A stretch of 64,000 nucleotides of DNA, from assembly GCA_902635945.1 (NCBI GenBank), contig CACPPU010000001.1, positions 299,453 to 363,452 on the forward strand, written 5' to 3'. This DNA comes from an uncultured Candidatus Actinomarina sp. (lineage in GTDB: Bacteria > Actinomycetota > Acidimicrobiia > Actinomarinales > Actinomarinaceae). The translations under genes were made by a program, and so were the position numbers. This document shows, one piece after another, positions 48,121 through 60,698 of this stretch (within the stretch, counting starts at the first letter, position 1; each line of letters begins with the position of its first letter). Under the pieces are notes generated by a model. The model ran no database searches. It saw nothing but the letters and a program-made list of their open reading frames with translations, and was not told the DNA's origin.

Positions 48121-49359
48121 ATGTCTAAGAGGCGTGTCGTAGTTAGTGGTCTCGGGACAATTAATCCCCTTGGAAATAATGTCTCAGATTCTTGGGAAAA
48201 GTTAATCAATGGTGTTTCAGGAATAGATTTTATAAACTCGTTTGATACAGAAGACCTTCCAGTTAAGTTTGCTGGAGAGGTAAAAGATTTTGATGCAAAT
48301 GAATATATGGGTAAACAACATGCAAGAAAACTAGACCGATCTGCTCATTTATCTATTTTTGCAACAGAACAAGCTCTAATGGATGCCAACTTAAATACAG
48401 AAGAACGACTGGGATCCAATGTTGGAATAGTTTTTGGTACAGGAATTGGTGGTATCGGAGCCACTGAGAATGCGGTAAGAACCTACGATGAAAGAGGGGC
48501 GTCTAGAATTAACCCTCTTGCAATTACTCAGCTTATGCCTAACTCTAGTACAGGACAGGTTGCAATTAAGTTTGGCATAGAGGGACCTTCTTTAACAATA
48601 ACTACAGCCTGTGCCGCGTCAGCCAATGCTGTAGGTGAGGCAAAAAACTTAATTGAAAACGGAATTGTAGACATAGTAGTTGCTGGAGGAACAGAATCTG
48701 GAACTACTCCAATGACTATTGGAGCTTTTGCTCAAATTAGAGCTTTATCGACAAAAAATGATTCACCGGAATCTGCATGTAGTCCATTTGATAAAGATAG
48801 AGATGGTTTTGTTATGGCTGAAGGTTCAACCGTATTAGTGCTTGAAGAAGAAGAGTCAGCAAAAAAACGTGGTGCAAAAATTTACGGTTATGTTTCTGGA
48901 TACGGATCTACTACAGATGCTCATCATATTACTGCTCCTGCAGAAGGTGGAGAAGGAGCTGTGAGAGCTATGGACAAAGCAATCAAAGATGCTGGAGTCG
49001 AATTCGAAGATATTGATTATATAAATGCACATGGAACATCTACTCCAGCAAATGACAAAAATGAAACTCTTGCAATTAAAACCTTGTTTGGTGAAAGAGC
49101 TTATGAAGTTGCTATCTCATCCACAAAATCAATGACAGGCCATTTATTAGGTGGTGCAGGCGCATTTGAATCCATGGTTTGTCTGCTTTCAATGCAAAAT
49201 AATGTTATTCCACCAACAATAAATTTATTTACTAAGGATGAAGATTGTGATTTGAACTACACACCAAATACTGCGATAGAAAAAGAATTGTCTATAGCAA
49301 TGTCAAATTCATTTGGCTTTGGAGGTCATAATGGTGTACTCGTTTTGAAAAAGAACTAA
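48121..49359 (+). CDS. fabF: 3-oxoacyl-ACP synthase II
   Basis: Active-site Cys in the TACAAS block and the KSMTGHLLGGAG region. Confidence 0.9.
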   Translation: MSKRRVVVSGLGTINPLGNNVSDSWEKLINGVSGIDFINSFDTEDLPVKFAGEVKDFDANEYMGKQHARKLDRSAHLSIFATEQALMDANLNTEERLGSNVGIVFGTGIGGIGATENAVRTYDERGASRINPLAITQLMPNSSTGQVAIKFGIEGPSLTITTACAASANAVGEAKNLIENGIVDIVVAGGTESGTTPMTIGAFAQIRALSTKNDSPESACSPFDKDRDGFVMAEGSTVLVLEEEESAKKRGAKIYGYVSGYGSTTDAHHITAPAEGGEGAVRAMDKAIKDAGVEFEDIDYINAHGTSTPANDKNETLAIKTLFGERAYEVAISSTKSMTGHLLGGAGAFESMVCLLSMQNNVIPPTINLFTKDEDCDLNYTPNTAIEKELSIAMSNSFGFGGHNGVLVLKKN

Positions 49360-49368
49360 AATTAACTG

Positions 49369-51807
49369 ATGATTAAATTCAAATATTTTTTTATTATATT
49401 TTTCATTAGTTTTTGTGGATCAACAAATGAAGCTGACTCAAATCAAAATAATCAATCCAATATTCAAGATAGCTCTGAAAAACAAATTTCTCTAGGTCAA
49501 GAAAGTGAAGTTATAAGTGAAAATTCTATTTCAAAAAATTTACTAGTAGATAACTTTGTCGCTTGTATGCAAGATAATGGACTAAGTTTTAATTTTGATA
49601 CTTTTGATAAAAATGATGACCCAATATTTATTTATGACCAAAACTCATATATTGATGGAATGAAGATTTTCAATGAGATTTGTTTTCAAGACGGTGAGAC
49701 CCTAGGAATAAATACCTCAAGCGGTTTAGAATCCTTTGTAAATTACATAGTAAGTCTTCTTTCAGGCACAATAACTGAAGAAGTGTTAGAAGAAACTAGC
49801 GACAAATCTCCAACAATAGCTAAAAAAACTTGTACAGAGTATGGTTGCTTTGAAGTGTTTACAGAAATAGAAAATTGGCAAGATGGATATTATGTGGACG
49901 GGGGTGTATCTCCTTCTATTTACACTGGTTATGAAAATGTGGCTTTAGTCTATGATGACATTGAATTTGAAAATTTATCAAACTTAGAAAAATCTTCAAG
50001 GTCCTCTGCATTAGCTGTTGTTAATGTAATTGGTGATAGATGTTATCTTGATGGTTACAAGACCGTAATGGTGACACAGCCTTATACAGGTTTTTTTATT
50101 GATAAAAATCATATTGTAACTACTAGTAAAGTTATTCAAGATCTCCAATTTCAAGAAGATAATAACTGGACTCAATTTGGTTCTTCAGCTGGAAGGTATT
50201 CAGTTCCATGTGAAGAAGTTCCAGAAATGATTTACGGACCAGGTAATTCATCAAATTTAAAAACTTATCAAGGCGAAGGTATATTTATTCAACTATTCAA
50301 TGGTGATTGGGGGCTTGGAGAAGTTGTTCAAAATTCAGAGGATTTAGCAATAATAAGGCTCAATAAATATTCAAATAATTTTGAATCTTTATCAGATAAG
50401 TGGGATGTTTGGAGAAATTACAGTGATAATATTAAAGCTCTTCCGATAGCTAATTCTACAAAAATTAACAACAAGGAAGTAGTTTTAATTCACAATCCGA
50501 ATGAAGGATCTTCTGGCGGTGGGTGGAAAACTACTCTTTCAAATTTATCAAATTGTCCAGAAAATAACTCAAATGAACGCATTTATCACTTAGATATTTA
50601 TTCTGATGAAGGCAGTCTAGGGGCGCCCGTAGTTGATGAGTCTGGATTTGTTATTGGAGTAACTGTTGGATCTTATGACGCAGTTTTAAACACATGCTCT
50701 ACTGTTAAATTTAGCTCTAATCGTAACTCTTTAGGTCCATTATCAAATTACCTAGCTGATGATAAAACTATTACCGGAGTACTCAACTCATTACAGCTAA
50801 GCAGTTTTGTTGAAAACTATTCCAAAACGTCAAAAAATCTTGATATTGTCAAAGATATAGAAATAGTTGATGTATCTTGGCCAAAAAATGCACTGACAAA
50901 ATCTGAAATTAGAGTTGAAAGAATCGATTGGGGTAAAGATTTTACTGATTCAGGGTTTCCGAAATCTGAAATTAACACAAAAGCTATTGAAATTGCTAAA
51001 CAAGGAACTCTTATGTTTATTAGGCAAACTGGATGTGTTGAATGTGAAACAAAAGAAAAAGATTTAGATTTCGCTGGTGGATGTGCTTGTACAGCTTTTG
51101 CTGTTACAAATGATCTAATTGTTACAAATGACCACTGTGTCTCTGGAATGAGTATCGGAGATAGAGCTACATTCAAAACTTACTTTGGCCAACTTGTTGA
51201 TGCTGAATTAATTGGTATGAGTTCAATTGACGGGGATGGAAGTCACAATGATTTTTATAAAGAGACAACAGGATGGGATGGTGATTATGATTCAGGACAT
51301 AAAGGAGATGTTGCACTATTCAGAAGTTCACAAGTACTAGATTTAAATCCAGTTGTACTTGCAGATTCATCTAAATTAAATCAATATGATCCATTGATTG
51401 CAGTCGGGCATCCTGGAATAATGAATCGAACTGGACCTTACGTAGTTTCTGTTGGAAGTTTCATAGGTAAAAATACATGGGCTGAATCTGCGATTTACTA
51501 TAATCTACCATCTGCAGGAGGAAATAGTGGTAGTGGTGTTTTTAATTTAAATGGTGAAGTTATTGGTCAAATTGCATATGGTCAAGACTTTTCTATGGCT
51601 GAAGTTGCATCAATTGTATATTCAAAATATGGTCTTATAGCAACCGAATTAATGAATAATGGTTATAGAGGTGCATCAATTAGGCCTCAGCCTTGGAAAT
51701 TAACTTCAAAAGTGGATGTAACAGTTGGCTTGTCAGCATCAGGAGCTCCTAGTAATTACATTAAAGAATTGATTGAATTGTGGGCGCCGGGAGAACTAGG
51801 TTACTAA
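49369..51807 (+). CDS. large secreted protein with tandem trypsin-like (S1B/glutamyl-endopeptidase-like) domains; the C-terminal domain keeps an intact His/Asp/Ser triad
   Basis: N-terminal signal peptide. The C-terminal domain has TNDHC (His), GDVALFR (Asp) and GNSGSGVF (Ser). An upstream domain has DLAIIRL and EGSLGAPVV, where the catalytic Ser position is apparently replaced. Confidence 0.6.
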   Translation: MIKFKYFFIIFFISFCGSTNEADSNQNNQSNIQDSSEKQISLGQESEVISENSISKNLLVDNFVACMQDNGLSFNFDTFDKNDDPIFIYDQNSYIDGMKIFNEICFQDGETLGINTSSGLESFVNYIVSLLSGTITEEVLEETSDKSPTIAKKTCTEYGCFEVFTEIENWQDGYYVDGGVSPSIYTGYENVALVYDDIEFENLSNLEKSSRSSALAVVNVIGDRCYLDGYKTVMVTQPYTGFFIDKNHIVTTSKVIQDLQFQEDNNWTQFGSSAGRYSVPCEEVPEMIYGPGNSSNLKTYQGEGIFIQLFNGDWGLGEVVQNSEDLAIIRLNKYSNNFESLSDKWDVWRNYSDNIKALPIANSTKINNKEVVLIHNPNEGSSGGGWKTTLSNLSNCPENNSNERIYHLDIYSDEGSLGAPVVDESGFVIGVTVGSYDAVLNTCSTVKFSSNRNSLGPLSNYLADDKTITGVLNSLQLSSFVENYSKTSKNLDIVKDIEIVDVSWPKNALTKSEIRVERIDWGKDFTDSGFPKSEINTKAIEIAKQGTLMFIRQTGCVECETKEKDLDFAGGCACTAFAVTNDLIVTNDHCVSGMSIGDRATFKTYFGQLVDAELIGMSSIDGDGSHNDFYKETTGWDGDYDSGHKGDVALFRSSQVLDLNPVVLADSSKLNQYDPLIAVGHPGIMNRTGPYVVSVGSFIGKNTWAESAIYYNLPSAGGNSGSGVFNLNGEVIGQIAYGQDFSMAEVASIVYSKYGLIATELMNNGYRGASIRPQPWKLTSKVDVTVGLSASGAPSNYIKELIELWAPGELGY

Positions 51808-52580
51808 GGAAGCATAGAGCCACCTATAGAGTGTACTCCTCCGTCAGCGTGAATAATTTCACCTGTAACAGCCTCGGATAAATCAGACAGTAAGAAGTTA
51901 ACAACCTTTGCAACCGGTTCAGCATTTTTTGTATCCCAACCAAGTGGAGCTCGTTCATTCCACTCATTATCCATTTCAGAAAATCCAGGAATATTTTTTG
52001 CTGCTGTAGTTGCTAATGGCCCTGCGGCAACAGCATTTACTCTTACCCCACTATCTCCCATGTAATAACCAAGATAACGAACAATCGATTGTAAGCTAGA
52101 TTTTGCAACACCTTGCCAGTCATATCCTGGCCAAGCTTGAGAATTATCAAAATCTAGAGCAACTATTGAAGATGGTTTGTTTAAGATTGGCTGAAATGAA
52201 GTAGCAAGCGTTTTCAAAGAAAAAGCGGAAATCTCAAAACTTTTAACTGCATCTTCCACAGATGTGTTTAAAAAGTTACCGCCCATGGCATCTGTTGGTG
52301 AAAATGCAATCGCATGTAAAATCCCGTCAAGATTGCCAACCTCATCTTCTATATTTTTTACTGCTTCATTAACTTGATTCAGATTTTCAATATCCATTTC
52401 AAAAACTTTTATATCTTCTGATAATCTTTTGACTGCTCTTTCAGTAATGCGAAGGCCTTTTCCAAAACCAGTAGCAACAACTGTAGCACCATTTTCTATA
52501 GCTATTTTGGCAGTCGCAAAAGCGATACTTTTATCAGTAAGAATTCCTGTAATAAGAATTTTTTTATCTTTTAAAATCAT
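51804..52580 (-). CDS. fabI: enoyl-ACP reductase (NADH), InhA/FabI type
   Basis: Near-collinear with mycobacterial InhA (ILITGILTDKSIAFATAK, VAAGP, Tyr/Lys catalytic region). Confidence 0.85.
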   Translation of the reverse strand: MILKDKKILITGILTDKSIAFATAKIAIENGATVVATGFGKGLRITERAVKRLSEDIKVFEMDIENLNQVNEAVKNIEDEVGNLDGILHAIAFSPTDAMGGNFLNTSVEDAVKSFEISAFSLKTLATSFQPILNKPSSIVALDFDNSQAWPGYDWQGVAKSSLQSIVRYLGYYMGDSGVRVNAVAAGPLATTAAKNIPGFSEMDNEWNERAPLGWDTKNAEPVAKVVNFLLSDLSEAVTGEIIHADGGVHSIGGSMLP

Positions 52581-52643
52581 ATTTTTCCTATAACTATTTG
52601 ACCATACAAATAGTTAGTAGGTATCACAAAATAATACCTTTTA

Positions 52644-53033
52644 TTATTCTTCTGTTGAATAGTTGGTAGAGCTTTCTTCTTTTTTGATTTGCGATCCTGT
52701 TACGACAGCCAACCCAATCTCTACAAGGCCAAATGCAAAGAAACCATTAAATTCAGTGAAGACTGCAAAAGTTATCAATCCAAGCCCACCACTGTATCTT
52801 ATTATATTTAATTGTTTTCCGTTCTCAGCATTACCTCCTAGCAAAAAGAAGGCCATTGCCGCAAAATAGAGAGGCAACCCAATAGACCTTACAATCATTT
52901 CTTGGTTTTCTGCTAACACAGCATTGAAATCAAATAAGAATAGACGGTAAACCACTTCAGGCATAATAAACCCTACTAAAACCAATCCAAGGTATACAAG
53001 TGGATCAAGTCTATTAATTAATTTGTAATTCAT
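52644..53033 (-). CDS. hypothetical small membrane protein (4 TM)
   Basis: 129 aa, hydrophobic; no recognisable motif. Confidence 0.4.
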   Translation of the reverse strand: MNYKLINRLDPLVYLGLVLVGFIMPEVVYRLFLFDFNAVLAENQEMIVRSIGLPLYFAAMAFFLLGGNAENGKQLNIIRYSGGLGLITFAVFTEFNGFFAFGLVEIGLAVVTGSQIKKEESSTNYSTEE

Positions 53034-53069
53034 AAGAGCAAGTATATCGGAAATTATTGAATCGTATAA

Positions 53070-55724
53070 TTAATACTTTTTAATTATTTCTGCCTGTGCT
53101 GCTGCAAGTTTTGCTGTCGGTATTCTATAAGGAGAACAAGAAATATAATCAATTGCAAGCGTATTGAAAAAGTGAATAGATTTAGCTTCTCCAGCGTGTT
53201 CGCCGCAAACTCCAATTTTTAAGTTTATGTTTGATTGCCTTCCTTCATTCACAGAAATTTCAACGGCTTTTCCAACTGTCTTCTTATCTATAGATACAAA
53301 TGGGTCCTGAGAAAATATATCATTTTCTACATATTTAGTAAGAAATTTTGAAGCATCGTCTCGTGAGAGACCTAAAGTGGTTTGTGTTAAATCATTCGTA
53401 CCAAAAGAGAAAAAATCTGCATGTTCGGCTATTGACCCAGAATTTAATGCAGCACTTGGCAGTTCAATCATTGTTCCGATTGTGTAATCAAATGTATAAT
53501 CTAATTTTTTCTGTACCTTAGATATCTTCTTAATAAGAAGATTTTTCATTTGATGCAATTCTTTAGCATTCATAACCAAAGGAATCATTATTTCTGGGGA
53601 AACTAAAACACCATCTTTTTTTTGTATATTGTAAGCAGCCCTTAAGATTGCTTCTACTTGCATCTCATAAATTTCAGGGTAACTTAATCCAAGACGTACT
53701 CCTCTATGACCAAGCATTGGATTGCTCTCAGATAATTTAACAAGCATTTCTCGAATGTAACTTGGAGAAACACCAATTGCATTACCAAGTTCAGTCATTT
53801 CAATGTCACTTTTTGGTAAAAACTCATGCATTGGTGGATCAAGAAGCCTCACTGTTATGGGCTTTTCTTTTAAAAGTAAAAACAAAGATTCAAAGTCAGC
53901 AATTTGAAAATCTATTAGTTTCTTTAAAGCCCTTTTTCTACCTTGTTGTGATTCTGACATAATCATTTCACGCATAGGAATGATTCTTTCACCTTCAAAA
54001 AACATGTGCTCTGTTCTACAAAGTCCAATTCCTTCAGCACCAAACTCTAATGACTTTTCAGTGTCTAGTACTGTTTCTGCATTTGCTCTTACTGCCAATC
54101 TCTTGTACTCGCTACACCAATCCATAAGAGTGTTGAATTCATCTGATGGCCTTGGTGGCTCAGTTTCCAGTTCTCCAATATAAACTTCACCCAAAGATCC
54201 ATCTATGGAAATAATGTCTCCTTCCGTTAACACTCTCTCTCCATTGCCTATTGTTTTGTTTTCAACATCTATAGTCAAACCTTCTGCACCTACAACACAT
54301 GGCTTACCCATTCCCCTTGCAACAACTGCAGCGTGACTTGTCATGCCGCCTTTTGTTGTGAGAATCCCAACAGATGAATGCATTCCATGAATATCTTCTG
54401 GACTTGTTTCGTCTCTCACTAAAATTACATCTCTTCCTCTGTTAGCCTCTTTTTCTGCTTTGTCTGCATCAAATACAATCTCTCCAACAGCTGCTCCAGG
54501 AGAAGCATTAAGCGCTTTGGTAAAGAGAGCTTTCTCTTGTGATTGGACAAATTGAGGATGTAAAACATTCGTAATATTATTCGCATCGACCATTATCAAT
54601 GATTCTTCTTTTGTTGTAATGCCCTCGTTATGTAAATCAATAGCGATTTTTATACTGGCCTGAGCAGTTCTCTTAGCTTTTCTTGTTTGAAGCAAATAAA
54701 CTTTTTCATTTTCAATCGTAAACTCTAAATCTTGCACCTCCCTGAAGTGAGTTTCGAGCTTTGATGCAATTTCTTTGATTTCTTTATATGCATTCGGAAA
54801 TTTTGACTGCAATGACTCTTGTTCAACAGAGTCATCATTCTTAATTGGATGAGGTGTTCTGATACCAGCAACAACATCTTCTCCCTGTGCATTAATTAGG
54901 TATTCTCCATAAAGCTCTTTAGACCCATTTGAAGGGTTTCTAGTAAACGCAACTCCCGTTCCAGATTTGTCATTTAAATTACCAAATACCATGGTTTGAA
55001 TTGTTGCGCCGGTTCCTAAAGAGTCAGGTATATTATTTATCTTTCTGTATGTAATTGCTCTTTTGTTTTGCCAACTACTAAATACAGCTTCTATAGCTCC
55101 TAGTAATTGTTCATGTGGATCTTGAGGAAATGGAGAATTTGTAAATCTCTCTACAGTATTTTTATATGCGTTAATTATCCAATCAAGCTGCTCAACATTA
55201 AAATCAGCATCAGACGTAACATTATCCATACGTTTTTTATTAGCAATAACTGCTTCAAACCTATCCATCTCAACACCAAGCACAACATTGGAATACATTT
55301 GAATCAATCTTCTATATGAATCAAGGGCAAAGCGTTCATCATTAAAAGCCTTAGCAAGGTTTTGAACATTGTCGTCATTAAGACCTATGTTCAAAATTGA
55401 ATCCATCATTCCAGGCATAGAAATCATGCCTCCTGACCTCACTGATAATAAAAGTGGTGATTCACTATTGCCAAAACTTTTTTGAGATAGGCTTTCTAAG
55501 TTTGAAACATAGTTAATTATTTCCTCTTTTAATCCTTCAGGTAATTTTTTGTTCTTTGAAAAATAATTACAGGCTTCCGTTGTGATAGTAAAACCTGGAG
55601 GAACTTGAATTCCAAGTTTGGACATTTCTGCAAGATTTGCACCCTTACCACCAAGAAGACTACTTAATGATGCATCACCATCAGTTTTCTGACTAGAGAA
55701 TTCATAAATAAGTTTATTGTCCAT
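53070..55724 (-). CDS. ppdK: pyruvate, phosphate dikinase
   Basis: 884 aa with the phospho-His domain GGMTSHAAVVARGMGKPCVVG and a PEP-utilising C-terminal TIM barrel. Confidence 0.95.
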   Translation of the reverse strand: MDNKLIYEFSSQKTDGDASLSSLLGGKGANLAEMSKLGIQVPPGFTITTEACNYFSKNKKLPEGLKEEIINYVSNLESLSQKSFGNSESPLLLSVRSGGMISMPGMMDSILNIGLNDDNVQNLAKAFNDERFALDSYRRLIQMYSNVVLGVEMDRFEAVIANKKRMDNVTSDADFNVEQLDWIINAYKNTVERFTNSPFPQDPHEQLLGAIEAVFSSWQNKRAITYRKINNIPDSLGTGATIQTMVFGNLNDKSGTGVAFTRNPSNGSKELYGEYLINAQGEDVVAGIRTPHPIKNDDSVEQESLQSKFPNAYKEIKEIASKLETHFREVQDLEFTIENEKVYLLQTRKAKRTAQASIKIAIDLHNEGITTKEESLIMVDANNITNVLHPQFVQSQEKALFTKALNASPGAAVGEIVFDADKAEKEANRGRDVILVRDETSPEDIHGMHSSVGILTTKGGMTSHAAVVARGMGKPCVVGAEGLTIDVENKTIGNGERVLTEGDIISIDGSLGEVYIGELETEPPRPSDEFNTLMDWCSEYKRLAVRANAETVLDTEKSLEFGAEGIGLCRTEHMFFEGERIIPMREMIMSESQQGRKRALKKLIDFQIADFESLFLLLKEKPITVRLLDPPMHEFLPKSDIEMTELGNAIGVSPSYIREMLVKLSESNPMLGHRGVRLGLSYPEIYEMQVEAILRAAYNIQKKDGVLVSPEIMIPLVMNAKELHQMKNLLIKKISKVQKKLDYTFDYTIGTMIELPSAALNSGSIAEHADFFSFGTNDLTQTTLGLSRDDASKFLTKYVENDIFSQDPFVSIDKKTVGKAVEISVNEGRQSNINLKIGVCGEHAGEAKSIHFFNTLAIDYISCSPYRIPTAKLAAAQAEIIKKY

Positions 55725-55740
55725 AATTGGATTTAAAAAA

Positions 55741-55777
55741 TTTCCCCCTCTATCCTCATATTATATAGGGGGGAAAC
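55741..55777. promoter_or_regulatory. GC-rich inverted repeat in the divergent ppdK / GAPDH-like intergenic region
   Basis: TTTCCCCCTCTAT...ATAGGGGGGAAA arms around an 11-nt AT loop. It is a G/C island in an AT-rich spacer, ending 3 nt before the ATG at 55781. Confidence 0.4.
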
Positions 55778-55780
55778 TAT

Positions 55781-56827
55781 ATGTCTAAGAATGTACTAGT
55801 AATTGGCACGGGAACTATCGGCGAACCACTAATAGGCTTACTCGCAGATCACAAAGATTCACTTGGATTAGATAATGTAATATTTTTTAAAAGAACACCG
55901 CTGTCAGATGAGAGAGGAAAAGTTGAATCCCTAATAAGAAAAGGAGCAAAAATTGTTTCTACTAGTGATGCACTCAGCGAGTTTCATCAACTAGGGTTTA
56001 ATGAAACTTCTGATGTTGAGCAAGCTTATGCTGACTCAGATGTCATTATCGACTGCACACCAAGTGGAAATGATAATTGGGATAATGTTTATTCATCTCT
56101 TGATCAGAACAAGAGATTCATGGCACAAGGGTCTGAACACGGATTTGGTTCGTTTTTTGCATGGGGAATAAATAACGAAATATTAAAAGAAGAGTCAAAT
56201 AAATTTCTCATTGCATCATGTAACACCCATAACATAGCCTCAATAGTGAAGAGCTTTGCACTTGATGAAGAAAGAGAACTAGTAGAAGGAAAGTTTGTGT
56301 GTCTCAGAAGAGCAAATGATGTGTCTCAGAACGATTCTTTTTCTCCCTCACCAACAATTACAAAACACAGCAATCAAGAATTTGGTACTCATCATGCTCG
56401 TGATGTACATGAATTATTTGCTCAAGAAGGAAAAAAGTTAAACCTCTTTTCCTCAGCTATCAAGCTACCTACGCAATATATGCATACTCTTTGGTTTTCG
56501 CTTACTTTTAAAGATGCTGTGCAACATGAAAATATCATGAAAAACCTTGATAATAGTGAGTTTTTGATGGCTACTGAGAAAATGTCTTCAAACAAAGTCT
56601 TTTCTTTTGGTAGAGATCATGGCTATCACGGAAGACTTTTATCACACGGTGTTGTTGCCGAACAGTCTTTACATGTTAAAGAAAATACACTTACTGGATA
56701 CTGCTTTACACCTCAAGATGGAAATGCCTTATTATCCTCTGTAGCTGGGACAGTACAGTATTACTACAAAGATGATTGGAAAGAGAAGATGGAGATTTTC
56801 AATCGATATATTTTCAAAAACATTTAA
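55781..56827 (+). CDS. archaeal-type (type II) glyceraldehyde-3-phosphate dehydrogenase homologue
   Basis: Has VIGTGTIGEP Rossmann, DVIIDCTPSG, the ASCNTHNIAS catalytic-Cys block and HHARDVHELF, all collinear with archaeal GAPDH blocks (DIVIDCTPEG, SCNTT, HHGPDV). Confidence 0.6.
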   Translation: MSKNVLVIGTGTIGEPLIGLLADHKDSLGLDNVIFFKRTPLSDERGKVESLIRKGAKIVSTSDALSEFHQLGFNETSDVEQAYADSDVIIDCTPSGNDNWDNVYSSLDQNKRFMAQGSEHGFGSFFAWGINNEILKEESNKFLIASCNTHNIASIVKSFALDEERELVEGKFVCLRRANDVSQNDSFSPSPTITKHSNQEFGTHHARDVHELFAQEGKKLNLFSSAIKLPTQYMHTLWFSLTFKDAVQHENIMKNLDNSEFLMATEKMSSNKVFSFGRDHGYHGRLLSHGVVAEQSLHVKENTLTGYCFTPQDGNALLSSVAGTVQYYYKDDWKEKMEIFNRYIFKNI

Positions 56828-56890
56828 CAACACTGCCTAAAATTTTTCGATTTGAAGTGGAAAATTTTCCACTCTACTATAATCTAATCT

Positions 56891-59320
<2,430 letters not shown>

Positions 59321-59323
59321 AGA

Positions 59324-59947
59324 TTAACGCTGTAAAGCTAAAGCAACAATATGCTTAGATTCTTTTCTAAACCAGGCATCAGTATATTTGCTATAAATAT
59401 GATGATCTTTTTGATAACTTATCCACAAAAACAGTAAACCATTCCACATATAATGAATTCTCTGTGCAACGACTCTAGGCTTTTCCTGTAGCTTAGGTAT
59501 ACCAGATAATATCTCCGTCAAGGTATCAACAGGTTGACGTTCAAACCATTTATCTTCACGAAGAAGGGTATGTCTATTAGAGAACGCAATTCTTGTAGCT
59601 TGTCCCATATCAATCGAGGCCTCTGTAAAGATTGATAACATTTCCTCAAGTAATGTAAAAGGGTCTCTCTCTTTAAGTGCTGCAACCTCCATATCTTTTA
59701 ACATTTCATCACTTACTTTTCCTATAACGGCACCGTAAACATCCATCATTTTGTCTGGAAAGTGTTTATAGGCTACAGCTGTTGAGAGCTTACAGTTCTT
59801 AGCAATTTGAGCAAGTGTTACTTTCTCTGGGTCCATTTTTGGATTATTTAACAACTCTATTGCTGACTCTAAAAGTAAATCGTGAGTGAGTTTATAAATG
59901 CCTTGTGCTCTTGTTGAACGACCGTCTAACTGTTCTTTTTCACTCAT
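59324..59947 (-). CDS. TetR-family transcriptional regulator
   Basis: N-terminal HTH VTLAQIAKNCKLSTAVAYKHF; 207 aa. Confidence 0.65.
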   Translation of the reverse strand: MSEKEQLDGRSTRAQGIYKLTHDLLLESAIELLNNPKMDPEKVTLAQIAKNCKLSTAVAYKHFPDKMMDVYGAVIGKVSDEMLKDMEVAALKERDPFTLLEEMLSIFTEASIDMGQATRIAFSNRHTLLREDKWFERQPVDTLTEILSGIPKLQEKPRVVAQRIHYMWNGLLFLWISYQKDHHIYSKYTDAWFRKESKHIVALALQR

Positions 59948-60001
59948 TGAAGATAATGATAATAAGAAGATAGCTTTGTTAGCAATATGTTTGTTTGAAG
60001 T

Positions 60002-60682
60002 TTAAACAGTTTTTTTCGCTAACTCTCTTCTAGAGAAATACACAATAACTGGAACTATAAACACATTAGGCATTGCCCAGTTCATCCACTCCTGTGGAAA
60101 CAATTCTATAGTACTGATAAATGCAGTAGTAGCAGCAATTGTTCCAGCGAGCATAAGATTTAAATGGGTGTTGGTTCTGTCATAAAAATTCGGTTTATCT
60201 GTTTTTCTATATCTGTTGAGATCATATGCTGTGATATACATACATCCAATTCCAAAAATTATTGATATAGTATTCATGCCTTCAAACTGACCATAAAAAC
60301 CATACTTAATTAATCCTGTTGCGTTTAGAAACAACAATACTCCGGCAATGAACATTAACAATGTGAGAGCTTTATCCACATTCTCCCTGGCTCCAGTTCG
60401 CACTTTTGCTTGTCGATATCCAGCAAAAGCAAAGTAAAAGGAGAAAATTGCGATAGCAAACAAAAATGGTTGCACTACACCCATCATGCTGAGCGGTATA
60501 GCAGTTACAAATATAGTTGACATTCCATAGACGTAATACATTCCATACTTTTTATGACGCTTGTCACCTTTTTTTAGAAATAATAGTAAATAAGCTGTTC
60601 CCAAAGACACAAACCCAGCCAAGATATGAATATATAGTAGTGGTTTTTCTAAATCTGTGTATACACCATCAATTAAAGACAT
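60002..60682 (-). CDS. hypothetical integral membrane protein (about 6 TM)
   Basis: Hydrophobic 226-aa ORF downstream of pntB. Confidence 0.45.
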   Translation of the reverse strand: MSLIDGVYTDLEKPLLYIHILAGFVSLGTAYLLLFLKKGDKRHKKYGMYYVYGMSTIFVTAIPLSMMGVVQPFLFAIAIFSFYFAFAGYRQAKVRTGARENVDKALTLLMFIAGVLLFLNATGLIKYGFYGQFEGMNTISIIFGIGCMYITAYDLNRYRKTDKPNFYDRTNTHLNLMLAGTIAATTAFISTIELFPQEWMNWAMPNVFIVPVIVYFSRRELAKKTV

Positions 60683-60698
60683 AATTTTTACTTTATCC

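Noticed and set aside
52581-52643. Two AT-rich hairpins (AACTATTTG/CAAATAGTT and AGGTAT/ATACCT) in the fabI leader
   Set aside because: Short, AT-only stems are expected by chance at this base composition. There is no T-tract or conserved motif, so it is not worth a feature call.
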